64,000 nucleotides of DNA, from NCBI GenBank assembly GCA_003176045.1, contig PSRM01000182.1:11298-75297 (forward strand), given 5' to 3'. Positions within the stretch are counted from its first letter, which is position 1. Each line of letters starts with the position of its first letter. The position numbers were made by a program, and so were the translations under genes. Under the pieces are notes generated by a model. The model did not search any database and was not told where the DNA came from. It saw only the letters and a program-made list of their open reading frames with translations. Of the stretch, positions 1 through 8,704 are shown in pieces. The stretch comes from Verrucomicrobiota bacterium. Lineage in GTDB: Bacteria; Verrucomicrobiota; Verrucomicrobiia; Limisphaerales; UBA8199.

Positions 1-1003
1 TGCCCTGAACGCCGAAGCCGACGTTGTTTCCTGAACTCCCGAAGAGGCTGATTTTGTCACCCACCGTATCGGCAAAGTTCAATGGGAAACCGGGCGTAGT
101 CGTGCCGATGCCGACTTTGCCGTTGCCGCCCAAGGTCAGGGGTATGAGACCATCGGTCTGGTTTTTGAAAACCAGATTGCCTGGACCTTCGCCGGCCGAG
201 CCTCCAGTTGAAAAAATAAAGTACTCCTTTCCCGCTATCGCGCCGGCGTCCAGGCTTAAAAATGCGCCGTACGGCGCGCCGGGCCCCGCAGCGATCTTGA
301 AGTGCGGGTAGGGGTTGTTGCCCAACACTTGCAGCGGCGTTCCGGTGAAGGTTTGGCCGTTGCCATTGAGCAAAGCAACGTTCGCTGAGAGCCGCGCGTC
401 CGCCAGCATACCACTGCTTAAACTGGATGCGTTCAACGCCCCCAATCCAGAGCCGTCGCCGCTGAAGGATCCGGACAGTGTCAATCCACCGGCGCCGTTG
501 GTAATTACCGAGGCTGGCAACTGGCCTGCACTGAGAGTGCCCGAAATGTTCGACGCGGCGACGGAATTGGCCATGGCCGCGGTTGAGGCGCTGTTCGCCG
601 TATCGGCAGAACCGGCGGCGGTGGCACGCACCGCATACGGTGTGGCCGTTACCTGCTGGCGCGGCGACAGCGTCGAGAAATCGCTGACACTGCCATTGGT
701 ACGAACGGCGATTTCCAGCCAGCGATCCGGGCCGGAGAAAATGCCGTTGCCGAAGTCCAGCGTCACAGTGAACAAGCCGTTACTCGCCCCTATCGCGGTG
801 TTCGTGAGAACGCCGCCAACCTGGTTTCCTCCGGTCAGCGCGTCGTAAATGGCGAAGCGCAGATCGTAGCTGCCATTGGCCGGGCCGCCGGAGTCATTGA
901 GCCGGCCCTGATAAGTGAAAGCGGTTCCTTGCGCATCCGCCTTCAGGCAGAACGTGATTGCGATCAGAACAAATAGAACAACTGCGATGCGGTTGGTTTT
1001 CAT
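1..1003 (-). CDS. Secreted tail-fibre-like/surface protein, QGTAFTYQGRL family (partial; 3' end runs off the window)
   Basis: Not in the ORF track because it has no stop in the window. Read manually from ATG at 1003: MKTNRIAVVLFVLIAITFCLKADAQGTAFTYQGRLNDSGGPANGSYDLRFAIYDALTGGNQVG...WLEIAVR...LSPRQQVTATPYA. Signal peptide plus an N-terminal domain typical of Verrucomicrobia tail-fibre-domain proteins. Confidence 0.8.
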   Translation of the reverse strand, partial: MKTNRIAVVLFVLIAITFCLKADAQGTAFTYQGRLNDSGGPANGSYDLRFAIYDALTGGNQVGGVLTNTAIGASNGLFTVTLDFGNGIFSGPDRWLEIAVRTNGSVSDFSTLSPRQQVTATPYAVRATAAGSADTANSASTAAMANSVAASNISGTLSAGQLPASVITNGAGGLTLSGSFSGDGSGLGALNASSLSSGMLADARLSANVALLNGNGQTFTGTPLQVLGNNPYPHFKIAAGPGAPYGAFLSLDAGAIAGKEYFIFSTGGSAGEGPGNLVFKNQTDGLIPLTLGGNGKVGIGTTTPGFPLNFADTVGDKISLFGSSGNNVGFGVQG

Positions 1004-1026
1004 AGATGAGTTGGAATGGTTATTTG

Positions 1027-1443
1027 TCATGGTTTATGGGATGGAGAATTTCCGAGCGGGCCTGCGCCAGAATCGAGGCGCAGCAGTCCGTAGAGCGGCG
1101 CCAAATCCTGCTTGGATACGAACCCAATTGCACCGGCCTGCGCGGCGGCCTGTCGAAAGGGAGCGCTGTCATGCCGTGAAACAATGATGATGCGCGCCGC
1201 CGGATCTCGGGCCAGAATCCGGGCCATGGCTGCCAAACCGTCCTCGCGCGGCATGGAGATATCCATCAGCACGAAATCCGGGCGCTGCTCAGCGAATAGC
1301 GCCACAGCCTGCTCGCCGTCGGCACATTCGTGAATTTCAACGAAGCCCTGGGCGCACATCCGGCGCAACAGCGCGCGCATCTCCGCGCTGTCATCGGCGA
1401 TGAGCAGCCTGGCCGGCCCTCGACTGGTTTCTTGATTTTGCAC
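1027..1443 (-). CDS. Single-domain response regulator (receiver only)
   Basis: LLIADD, LMDISMP, IIVS and FVSK receiver motifs; no output domain. Confidence 0.9.
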   Translation of the reverse strand: MQNQETSRGPARLLIADDSAEMRALLRRMCAQGFVEIHECADGEQAVALFAEQRPDFVLMDISMPREDGLAAMARILARDPAARIIIVSRHDSAPFRQAAAQAGAIGFVSKQDLAPLYGLLRLDSGAGPLGNSPSHKP

Positions 1444-1503
1444 GCGCCCAGTCTGCCAGTCTCCCTGAGCCCCCGCCTATCGTCGGCGATAGGGATTTTC
1501 GAC

Positions 1504-1519
1504 TACCTAAGGGTAGGTA
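1504..1519. promoter_or_regulatory. NarL-like 7-2-7 inverted site (TACCTAA-GG-GTAGGTA)
   Basis: Near-palindrome 60 bp upstream of the receiver gene; resembles the TACYYMT heptamer pair arrangement; a NarL-family regulator is encoded at 7720-8373. Confidence 0.4.
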
Positions 1520-1563
1520 TTTTCAGAGGGAAGAATTTCGCCGACTCGTAGCGGGAAAATCCG

Positions 1564-1857
1564 ATGATCCACAACGACAAAACCACGGGACGAGTTATCC
1601 AGTCCAGCATGGCTGAATTTTCTCGGGGCCGGCTTGTTATTCTTCGGCAGAAAGGGCCGCGTGATTACGCGCAACGGCTTGCCATTGCAGAACGCGCGCG
1701 GTCACTCCTGGGCACGAACTATGATCTTTTTTCCTTCAACTGCGAACATGCCGCGACCTGGGCACAGACGGGGAAAGCCGAAAGTCCCCAGTTGCAAGCC
1801 GCCATAGTTCTTGGCCTTTTGCTCTTCGGTTTGGCGCTCGCATCGAGCAAGGGGTAA
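1564..1857 (+). CDS. LRAT/NC-domain (NlpC/P60 superfamily) protein, probably N-terminally truncated
   Basis: YDLFSFNCEHAATWAQTG matches the LRAT NCEHF motif; C-terminal hydrophobic anchor; the usual N-terminal His (HxGIY) motif is absent. Confidence 0.65.
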   Translation: MIHNDKTTGRVIQSSMAEFSRGRLVILRQKGPRDYAQRLAIAERARSLLGTNYDLFSFNCEHAATWAQTGKAESPQLQAAIVLGLLLFGLALASSKG

Positions 1858-1880
1858 GCGCGTGCGATTGGCGGAAGCGC

Positions 1881-2570
1881 TCAATCCTCCCGCAGGATTC
1901 TCTTCTTGCCAGTTCGGCTTTGAAATCGCCCGCGAATTAGTGCAAGTGTCAAAGTGCCTACGCCAAAGACCGCCACTGCGCTTGGCTCGGGAATGGATTG
2001 AGAGGAGAACTGGATATTATCCAGGCTAAAAGTGCTGAAGTAAGACGCAGTAAACCTTAGCTCTCCCGATTGTCCGGCAAAAGCCGACATGTCCCCGCCC
2101 AAAATGGAATAGTTGGGTGTCGTTCCAAGCAGGGTTAAAGGAATAGAATTACCTCCAAAAGTTAGAAGTAGATTTGCAGTGCCTTGCGCGTAGAAGTTAA
2201 TCGAAGCGGAATTCGTCGGCACCTGCCCTGTCTGCGCAAGCGCAACCGTAGATGCATTAGCAACACCAACTTGGAAGAGCACCGAATAGTTGCCTTGCAA
2301 GGGTTGAACCACAGGCGAGTGAGAATCCTGAATAGAGAGAGCCGGACCACCTGCTGTAGCGGTGTCATAGAGGATTGCCCCCGGAGGAGCTGAACCCCCC
2401 GTATACGCAGTCCAGTGAGAGAGCGCGGCGGAAACTTGGACAAGATTTGTGTTGCCGCCTCCAAAGGGGACTATAGTTGCTTGCTCAAAATCAAGATTTT
2501 GGAATGTTCCTTGCGCTTCTAGAAAGCAAGGTATGAAAACGCAGGAGATGGCGATAACTATAATTTTCAC
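1881..2570 (-). CDS. PEP-CTERM sorting-domain exosortase substrate
   Basis: Signal peptide; C-terminal IPEPS, TM helix, basic tail. Confidence 0.85.
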   Translation of the reverse strand: MKIIVIAISCVFIPCFLEAQGTFQNLDFEQATIVPFGGGNTNLVQVSAALSHWTAYTGGSAPPGAILYDTATAGGPALSIQDSHSPVVQPLQGNYSVLFQVGVANASTVALAQTGQVPTNSASINFYAQGTANLLLTFGGNSIPLTLLGTTPNYSILGGDMSAFAGQSGELRFTASYFSTFSLDNIQFSSQSIPEPSAVAVFGVGTLTLALIRGRFQSRTGKKRILRED

Positions 2571-2602
2571 CGCGCTTTTCGCCTATCGAATCAGGGACGC
2601 TC

Positions 2603-3271
2603 TCAGTCGTTGCGAAAGTTCCTCCCCAAACCAGTTCCGTTCTGCAAGCGCGTGCGAATTAGTCCAAAAGATAAAACACCTACGCTAAGAAGCGCCACTG
2701 CGCTAGGCTCGGGAATGAATTGCGTGGAAAACTGGATGTTGTCCACAGAATCCCATTGACCACCTACCTGCGACGAATATGAAGTAAAAAGCAACTGTCC
2801 CACCCCTCCAGCGAATCCCGAAATGTTTGCTCCATAAATTTTGTAATTTGGCGCGGTTCCAAGCACTACAAGGGGCAAGGTTTGCCCATTGAAAGTGACG
2901 TCCCCCGCTCCCACGCTGCCCCAGAAAATCAAGGATTCAGCCGTGATGGGGACCATTCCGGTTTGTCCGATTGACGCGGTGTTCGGAAATCCAACCGTCT
3001 GTCCTTGGAGATAAGCAAACCAAGCGCCCTGAATTTGCTGGAAACCGCCGTTCGTTCCGAGAAGACAGACCGCTCCACCGTTAAGGGCGATATTGTTGGA
3101 CAGCACTGTGGTGGGGGAGCCATTCACGTAAGCTGTCCATCCAGGAATTGTATTGCTCGACGTAACTCCTCGCTCAAAATCGAGATTGATAAAGCCCTGT
3201 CCATCGCTGTTCATGACAGTGGAAAGGGCCAGGAGGTTAATTGCTATGAAGGGGCCAATGTTTCTGTTCAT
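2603..3271 (-). CDS. PEP-CTERM protein, paralogue of 1881-2570
   Basis: IPEPSAVA + TM + basic tail; shares NLDFE, QTGxVP, LGTxPNY and DNIQFS motifs with its neighbour. Confidence 0.85.
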   Translation of the reverse strand: MNRNIGPFIAINLLALSTVMNSDGQGFINLDFERGVTSSNTIPGWTAYVNGSPTTVLSNNIALNGGAVCLLGTNGGFQQIQGAWFAYLQGQTVGFPNTASIGQTGMVPITAESLIFWGSVGAGDVTFNGQTLPLVVLGTAPNYKIYGANISGFAGGVGQLLFTSYSSQVGGQWDSVDNIQFSTQFIPEPSAVALLSVGVLSFGLIRTRLQNGTGLGRNFRND

Positions 3272-3289
3272 TTGCTGTTCCGCGCGTTT

Positions 3290-6200
3290 TTATTTGGTTA
3301 CGAAAGGATCTCCCACGACTTGTAAATGTGGAACAGAGACTAGGTTCCATGAATTCCAACTACAAATCGCCAAATTCTTGTGCGAAGCCCACAAATTGAA
3401 AAATAGCGCGTTATCCGTAGCGGCCGCGCCGGGCTCGTCAGTATAAGTAGGTCCTCCGATTGGAGTGTTCGAATAGTTTGTCCCCCCAAATGCGTTGCTG
3501 GCATACCATTTTAGGAAAATTCCCTGTCCGTACATCGTGCGCTCGCCATTGTAGGACTCTTCGGTTCTGATGATCCACCAACCGCTATCACCGGACCATT
3601 GAACCACTCCATTGAATGGGTAGTCATTACCGAGGGAACTGTGGGCACCCCAACCGATGTAGCCGGCAACGTTCGAGGCATTTGTGGCATGGGGCAGATC
3701 ACCGGCAGTTTCGCAGCCGCTAAGATAATGAATTGCGGCAGGTGGGACTCCGGCTGAAGCAAGTCCGTTCGTGGTAGGCGGCACCCAAGGATCGCCGCAA
3801 TACAGGTTGTTTACGTCATCCACGAGGTAATTGGTACCTCCGTAACCGCGTTCGGAGGGCCTGATAATGAGTTTGCCGGGAGAATACGTCATCCCAAAGT
3901 ATGCTAGTTTGTTGATATAAGCGATACAATCATTTGTGCCGCCATACCCATCCATGTTGATGCTCGTCACAAAGGGATTCCAAGTAGTGGAGACGCCGCC
4001 AAACCGGAAAAAACACTGAACGCTTTGGAGTTGAATTACCGGAGCCGGAAAGGTCCAAGGGTATGCTCCGATCTGCGTGTTTGTAAAAACAATCGAAGGA
4101 ACGGAGGGGAAAAGGATGACGTATTGCGGACGTTTTGTGGGGTTTGCCCGGAGCCAAGTTTGCGCCGCCGCCAAGATGTTGTTTGTGAAAGTGACTGGGT
4201 CGATTATTTCGTAGTATCCGGATTGGTTAACATTTGTTGTCTGAGCGTTGGTGTAACCGATCCCCAGAAGGTTCGCTCCGCCCACGAAGGGGCGATTTTG
4301 AAGATAGTATGTAAGGACGTTGTAACTGTCGGCAGAGTTAGTGTTATAGATCAGGAGCAAGTCCTTCGAAACATCGACAGGGTATTGTACAAACGGAGAC
4401 AATTGAATCGCTGCGCAGAAATCACCTCCAGCGACAACAAACTTCACACTGCCCAAGCCGACGATACCATTGGTTTGTCCAAAGCTGTTATCTCCCCACA
4501 CAACGACGGTGCCGTCGTTTTTGAGGGCTACACTGTTGCCTTCTCCCGCCGCAACATTCATCACATTACTCAGACCGACAGGAATATTGGTGAGGGCGCC
4601 CCAAGCCAGTAGCGTGCCATCAACTTTTAGAGCAAGGGCATGGGAACCTGCCGCCGCGATGGCGACAACGTTCGAAACGCCCAGAGGAACATTCGTTTGA
4701 CCGGAGTCATTAACGCCCCACGCAACCACGGTTGAATTGCTGAGTAAAGCTAGATGAAAATTGGTGCCTGAGGCAATTGCCGTCACGTTCGTGAGTCCAG
4801 CGGGGACGAGCGCGTTCGTCTGTCCCCATTGCACAACTGTTCCATCATTTTTGAGCACAAGACTTTGCTGTCCTCCAGCCGAGATAGCGGTAGCATTAGT
4901 CAAGCCAGCCGGAACATCGGTCTGGCCTGAATCATCAAGGCCCCAGGCAGTCACGGTGCCGTCTGATAAAAGCGCCAGGTCGTGCCGTGTCCCCGCAGCG
5001 ACGACAACGGCATTTGTCAATGTCGGTGGCGGGGTGGCAGCGATGTAATTCGTGCCTGTCCAGTATGAGCCCCAGTTTGTGACGGCGCCGGTTTCGAGTG
5101 CGACAACGCCATGAGCTTTGCCCGCAGCAATCGAAAGGACATTCGTCATATGGGAGGGAACATTCAACTGGCCATTCGTGTTCGAGCCCCATCCTAAAAC
5201 ACCCCCGGGAAGAATCACCGTTACGAGCCAGCTTGCGTTGGTGGTTCCAATTGCGTTCGAAACCGTTACCGAATATGTCCCTGAATTCACCGCAGCAAAA
5301 GTCCAGTTAGAGGAGGTTATACCTGGAACGTTCGTGCCATTAAACTGCCATCGGTAACTGAGTGGAAAGCCGTTGAACTCTCCGACTGCACTGGCATCAA
5401 TGCTGAGGTTGAGCAGCGTTGGGGCAAGCACCAATTGGCTACTTAGAGTAGTTTGGGAAACGATGGCGGGTGGGGTCACAACGTAAACATGCACGTTGGA
5501 ACTAAGGATTGCGCCAAAGGAATCACTTATGAGCACGTTGAAGTCGCCGTCCGCTTGCACATTCGTCAACGTCAACGAGGCGTTGGTAGCCCCGGTCAGA
5601 TTCACACCGTTAGTCTGCCACTGATAATTAACTCCGTCAAGTCCCGAACCTCGCGAAGTGAATGTAACGTTACTCCCCGCGATGACGTATTGATCAACGG
5701 GCTCAAGGGTGATTACAGGAGCTTGGGTTCTTGTGCGAATAGCGAGCGCGTGGTCGGCACCCGCTGCTATAGCAATGACGTTGGTCAGCCCTCCGAAAGG
5801 ATGAACCGTGTCATCATCACCCCAAACGACAACGGTGCCGTCACTTTTGAGCGCCATGCTGTATGCCTTTTCAATATCAGGATCGCCTCCGGCGGCAATG
5901 GCAACGACGTTGGAGAGTCCGGCGGGTACGTTCGTTTCGCCGTGGACATTGTCTCCCCATGCGACAACGGTGCCATTCTTTAGAAGTGCGAGACTGTGAT
6001 ATGGACCCGCTTCCACGTCCACCACATTGGTCAAGCCCGCAGGGACATTACACTGGCCAGCACTATTGTCGCCCCATGCCACGACCATGGAATTTGAAAC
6101 CGCCAGATTGAATCGAAAGCCAGCGGAAATCGCGCTAACGTTGGTGAGTCCGGAGGGAATATTCGTTTCTCCCGTTGATGAGTTGCCCCAGGCTACTACT

Positions 6201-7195
6201 GTTCCATCGTTTCGAAGCGCCAGCGTATGCAGGGCTTGCGCGGAAATTAATATCACGTTGGTGAGATTGGCGGGAACATTTGTTAAGGTCCAACCAATTG
6301 CCGGGAAATTATACCCCCACGCCGTCACAGTGCCGTTTGTGAATAGCGCAACATCGTGATACCAGCCAGCGGCAACCATGGCAACTCCGGTAAGATTCGT
6401 GGGCACTGCGCCTTCTCCGTAGTAATTGGCACCCCACGCGACAACCGTGCCGTCGGTTTTTACCGCAAGGCTTTGTCCGCCGCCGCCCGCCACTTGCAAT
6501 GCATTGGTCAGGCCGAACGGCACGTCGCACTGAGCCGCTACGTCATTGCCGATACCTACAGTCATGGTTTTTGAGGGCTTTGCAAGAATGTAATATGCCT
6601 GATTGGGCGGCTGGTTTGAGAAGGTGTATCTGTTCGAGGTGTAACCGATTCCGAGCCACGACCATTGAGACACGCTCTGCGTTATGTTCGTGCTCGTCAA
6701 AATATCGTAGGGCACATTATTGGTGCCTCCAGCGATGCTGAAGCTTGCGACCGTGGCCGAGCCATTGGTGAAGGCCGCCATGTTCGTGAGATACACCGGA
6801 TTGCCATAGGCGATGTAGCTGTTGAGGATGCTGCTTGCCATGATTCCGGGACTGCCAGTGAGCAGCGCGTCCGCTTCTGCTTCGGCTTCAAGTTCGTCAT
6901 AGTTTACATCAAGGTCATCCAGAATGTAGGTGCCATCAGCGAGAAGCCAGCAGGGCACGGCAACCGCGTTGCAAGGAGCCGGGCATAACCTGACGCCAAA
7001 CTGAGCAGAAAAGAAAGTCGCGTACGGAGGGAGTTGGTCAGCAGGAATGAGCGTCGTGGTCTCGGCGGCTTCAATCGCCGCTTGCAGGGCTAACGCGTCG
7101 GGAGTTAGAGGCGGCAAGGTAAAAGCGAGAGCCGGATTGAATGGTGATAAAAAAATAAGTGCTGCGATAGCGATGCGGATTCTGAGCTTTGTCAT
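3290..7195 (-). CDS. Large secreted protein: two RCC1-like repeat blocks, Ig-like domains, C-terminal TIGR03790-like domain
   Basis: Repeated HSLALxxDGTVVAWG units; YQWQ/YRWQ Ig motifs; C-terminal LLIYN...YY..R, YIGWG, ESYNG, YTDEP and VGDP motifs. Confidence 0.8.
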   Translation of the reverse strand: MTKLRIRIAIAALIFLSPFNPALAFTLPPLTPDALALQAAIEAAETTTLIPADQLPPYATFFSAQFGVRLCPAPCNAVAVPCWLLADGTYILDDLDVNYDELEAEAEADALLTGSPGIMASSILNSYIAYGNPVYLTNMAAFTNGSATVASFSIAGGTNNVPYDILTSTNITQSVSQWSWLGIGYTSNRYTFSNQPPNQAYYILAKPSKTMTVGIGNDVAAQCDVPFGLTNALQVAGGGGQSLAVKTDGTVVAWGANYYGEGAVPTNLTGVAMVAAGWYHDVALFTNGTVTAWGYNFPAIGWTLTNVPANLTNVILISAQALHTLALRNDGTVVAWGNSSTGETNIPSGLTNVSAISAGFRFNLAVSNSMVVAWGDNSAGQCNVPAGLTNVVDVEAGPYHSLALLKNGTVVAWGDNVHGETNVPAGLSNVVAIAAGGDPDIEKAYSMALKSDGTVVVWGDDDTVHPFGGLTNVIAIAAGADHALAIRTRTQAPVITLEPVDQYVIAGSNVTFTSRGSGLDGVNYQWQTNGVNLTGATNASLTLTNVQADGDFNVLISDSFGAILSSNVHVYVVTPPAIVSQTTLSSQLVLAPTLLNLSIDASAVGEFNGFPLSYRWQFNGTNVPGITSSNWTFAAVNSGTYSVTVSNAIGTTNASWLVTVILPGGVLGWGSNTNGQLNVPSHMTNVLSIAAGKAHGVVALETGAVTNWGSYWTGTNYIAATPPPTLTNAVVVAAGTRHDLALLSDGTVTAWGLDDSGQTDVPAGLTNATAISAGGQQSLVLKNDGTVVQWGQTNALVPAGLTNVTAIASGTNFHLALLSNSTVVAWGVNDSGQTNVPLGVSNVVAIAAAGSHALALKVDGTLLAWGALTNIPVGLSNVMNVAAGEGNSVALKNDGTVVVWGDNSFGQTNGIVGLGSVKFVVAGGDFCAAIQLSPFVQYPVDVSKDLLLIYNTNSADSYNVLTYYLQNRPFVGGANLLGIGYTNAQTTNVNQSGYYEIIDPVTFTNNILAAAQTWLRANPTKRPQYVILFPSVPSIVFTNTQIGAYPWTFPAPVIQLQSVQCFFRFGGVSTTWNPFVTSINMDGYGGTNDCIAYINKLAYFGMTYSPGKLIIRPSERGYGGTNYLVDDVNNLYCGDPWVPPTTNGLASAGVPPAAIHYLSGCETAGDLPHATNASNVAGYIGWGAHSSLGNDYPFNGVVQWSGDSGWWIIRTEESYNGERTMYGQGIFLKWYASNAFGGTNYSNTPIGGPTYTDEPGAAATDNALFFNLWASHKNLAICSWNSWNLVSVPHLQVVGDPFVTK

Positions 7196-7412
7196 GTTGT
7201 CTTAGCGGTCTATACCCCTTGCGCCGTGGGGCTGAAAACTTGCTCACGGGGCAGGGTTAAAGATCAATGGTTGCTGTTGATGTTCCCGAGCGCCTGGGAA
7301 CGAGATGGCAGTGCAGGAGATTTAGGAAACCATCCTCCAACGCCACCAAAGTGAATCTATAATTATTTTGACAATAATTGCCAAGAAAAATTTTCCTGGA
7401 AATATTTTTTCC

Positions 7413-7634
7413 TCACGGCTGCAACACTGCCTGATAATATCGCTGCCCGTTCGTCGCCGGATCGTAATAAGTGTAAGGAGCGTTGAGATAGACATTGGTA
7501 AGTGCCGTCCAGGTAGCGGGGTTTGCCATTGCCGGTGTGTAGTCCAGCCGATACATGCCGTTGCTCGGCGGGGTGAAGCGCATGCCGAAATAGAAATGCT
7601 CGGTAATTACGCATACTTTTGATACACAAGCCAT
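7413..7634 (-). CDS. Small ORF resembling a stand-alone Verrucomicrobia C-terminal (xYYR/RFYR-type) domain; possible gene remnant
   Basis: GMYRLDYT...WTALTNV...YTYYDPATNGQRYYQAVLQP parallels the C-terminus of the giant protein (YDVLTSTNFQTW...VDTN...RRFYRARLSP). Confidence 0.45.
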   Translation of the reverse strand: MACVSKVCVITEHFYFGMRFTPPSNGMYRLDYTPAMANPATWTALTNVYLNAPYTYYDPATNGQRYYQAVLQP

Positions 7635-7719
7635 TCCCTTACGGGGCAGGGTGTGGGATCCGAAATCCGGAATCGGTTAGAGCCGTGTGACGTTTACCGC
7701 TAGTCTGGTGTCCGCTACA

Positions 7720-8373
7720 CTACAGCTCGTTGCGGTGGTCCATGGCGAATTGCAGCAGGCGGTTGGGGCCGTGCAAATCGAGCTTCGTGCAGATATTGCG
7801 GCGGTGGGTGCTGACGGTGGCTTCGCTGATAAAAAGTTCCGAGGCGATCTCGCGGCTGGTTTTATTCGCGGCGACCCGGCGCAAGACCTCACGCTCCATC
7901 CGGGTGAGCGACAGAATGCCAGGGACCGCCTGCTCCAATTGCTGGCCGGCCTTGCGCCACCTCACCAGGTAAGAGGAAACCTGGGGGCTGAGATAAGTTT
8001 CCCCGGCGGCCACGGCGCTGAGGCAATCGAACAGCTCGGTGCTGAGGTTATCCTTGAGGATGTAGCCCTGAACGCCGGAGTCCATCGCCTCGCGGAAAAG
8101 GCCCTCCTCCTTGTGCATGGTGAGCATGACTACCGGCACCGCTATGCGTTCGCGCTTCAGAGCGCTCATCAAATCCAGGCCGCTGCCCTGAGCCAGCTTC
8201 ATGTCGGTCAGGATGAGATCAGGGCGGAGTTGGCGGACCAGGGCCAGAGCGGACGATGGGTCGGCAGCTTCACCCACGACCGTATAATCACGGGAACGGC
8301 TAAGCACGCGCAGCAGCCCTTCGCGGAAAATGGGGTGATCTTCCACGATCAGGATTCGCACAGTCGTTGGCAT
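7720..8373 (-). CDS. NarL/FixJ-family response regulator (REC + LuxR HTH)
   Basis: ILIVEDHPIFREG, LTD, GYILK, LTRMEREVL...IASELFISEATVSTHRRNICTKL. Confidence 0.95.
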   Translation of the reverse strand: MPTTVRILIVEDHPIFREGLLRVLSRSRDYTVVGEAADPSSALALVRQLRPDLILTDMKLAQGSGLDLMSALKRERIAVPVVMLTMHKEEGLFREAMDSGVQGYILKDNLSTELFDCLSAVAAGETYLSPQVSSYLVRWRKAGQQLEQAVPGILSLTRMEREVLRRVAANKTSREIASELFISEATVSTHRRNICTKLDLHGPNRLLQFAMDHRNEL

Positions 8374-8382
8374 ATCAATTTC

Positions 8383-8704
8383 AAACCACAGATGAACCCA
8401 GCGTGGCGGAGCCGCAACCGAAGGGTTAAATAGGTTAAATGAGTTAAATGGTTAAATGGGTTACAAGGGTTACATTGGAAAATTTGCGCGGCTTGCGAGA
8501 ACTGTCATGCATAGTAGTGCATAGTAGTACGGATGAACACGGATACACCCAGCGCGGCGGAGCCGCAGCCGAAGATAGACAGATTCATTGAAGGACAGAA
8601 TCATTTTCAACCAGAAATGATTCTGTCCTGCCATGATTCTGTCTCAATGTTCACTCGCCGCGGCTTACAATCCACCACTCACAATTCACCACTCACTAGT
8701 CACT
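8383..8704. repeat. Nested intergenic repeat cluster
   Basis: ACAGATGAAC/ACGGATGAAC units, duplicated CCCAGCGyGGCGGAGCCGCArCCGAAG, GTTAAAT-based 8-9-mer array, GACAGAATCAT...ATGATTCTGTC palindrome, CACCACT-like heptamers. Confidence 0.8.

Noticed and set aside
1-1003. Prophage suggested by the tail-fibre-like gene
   Set aside because: The protein has a signal peptide and sits in a two-component locus; no phage structural, packaging or integrase genes are nearby.
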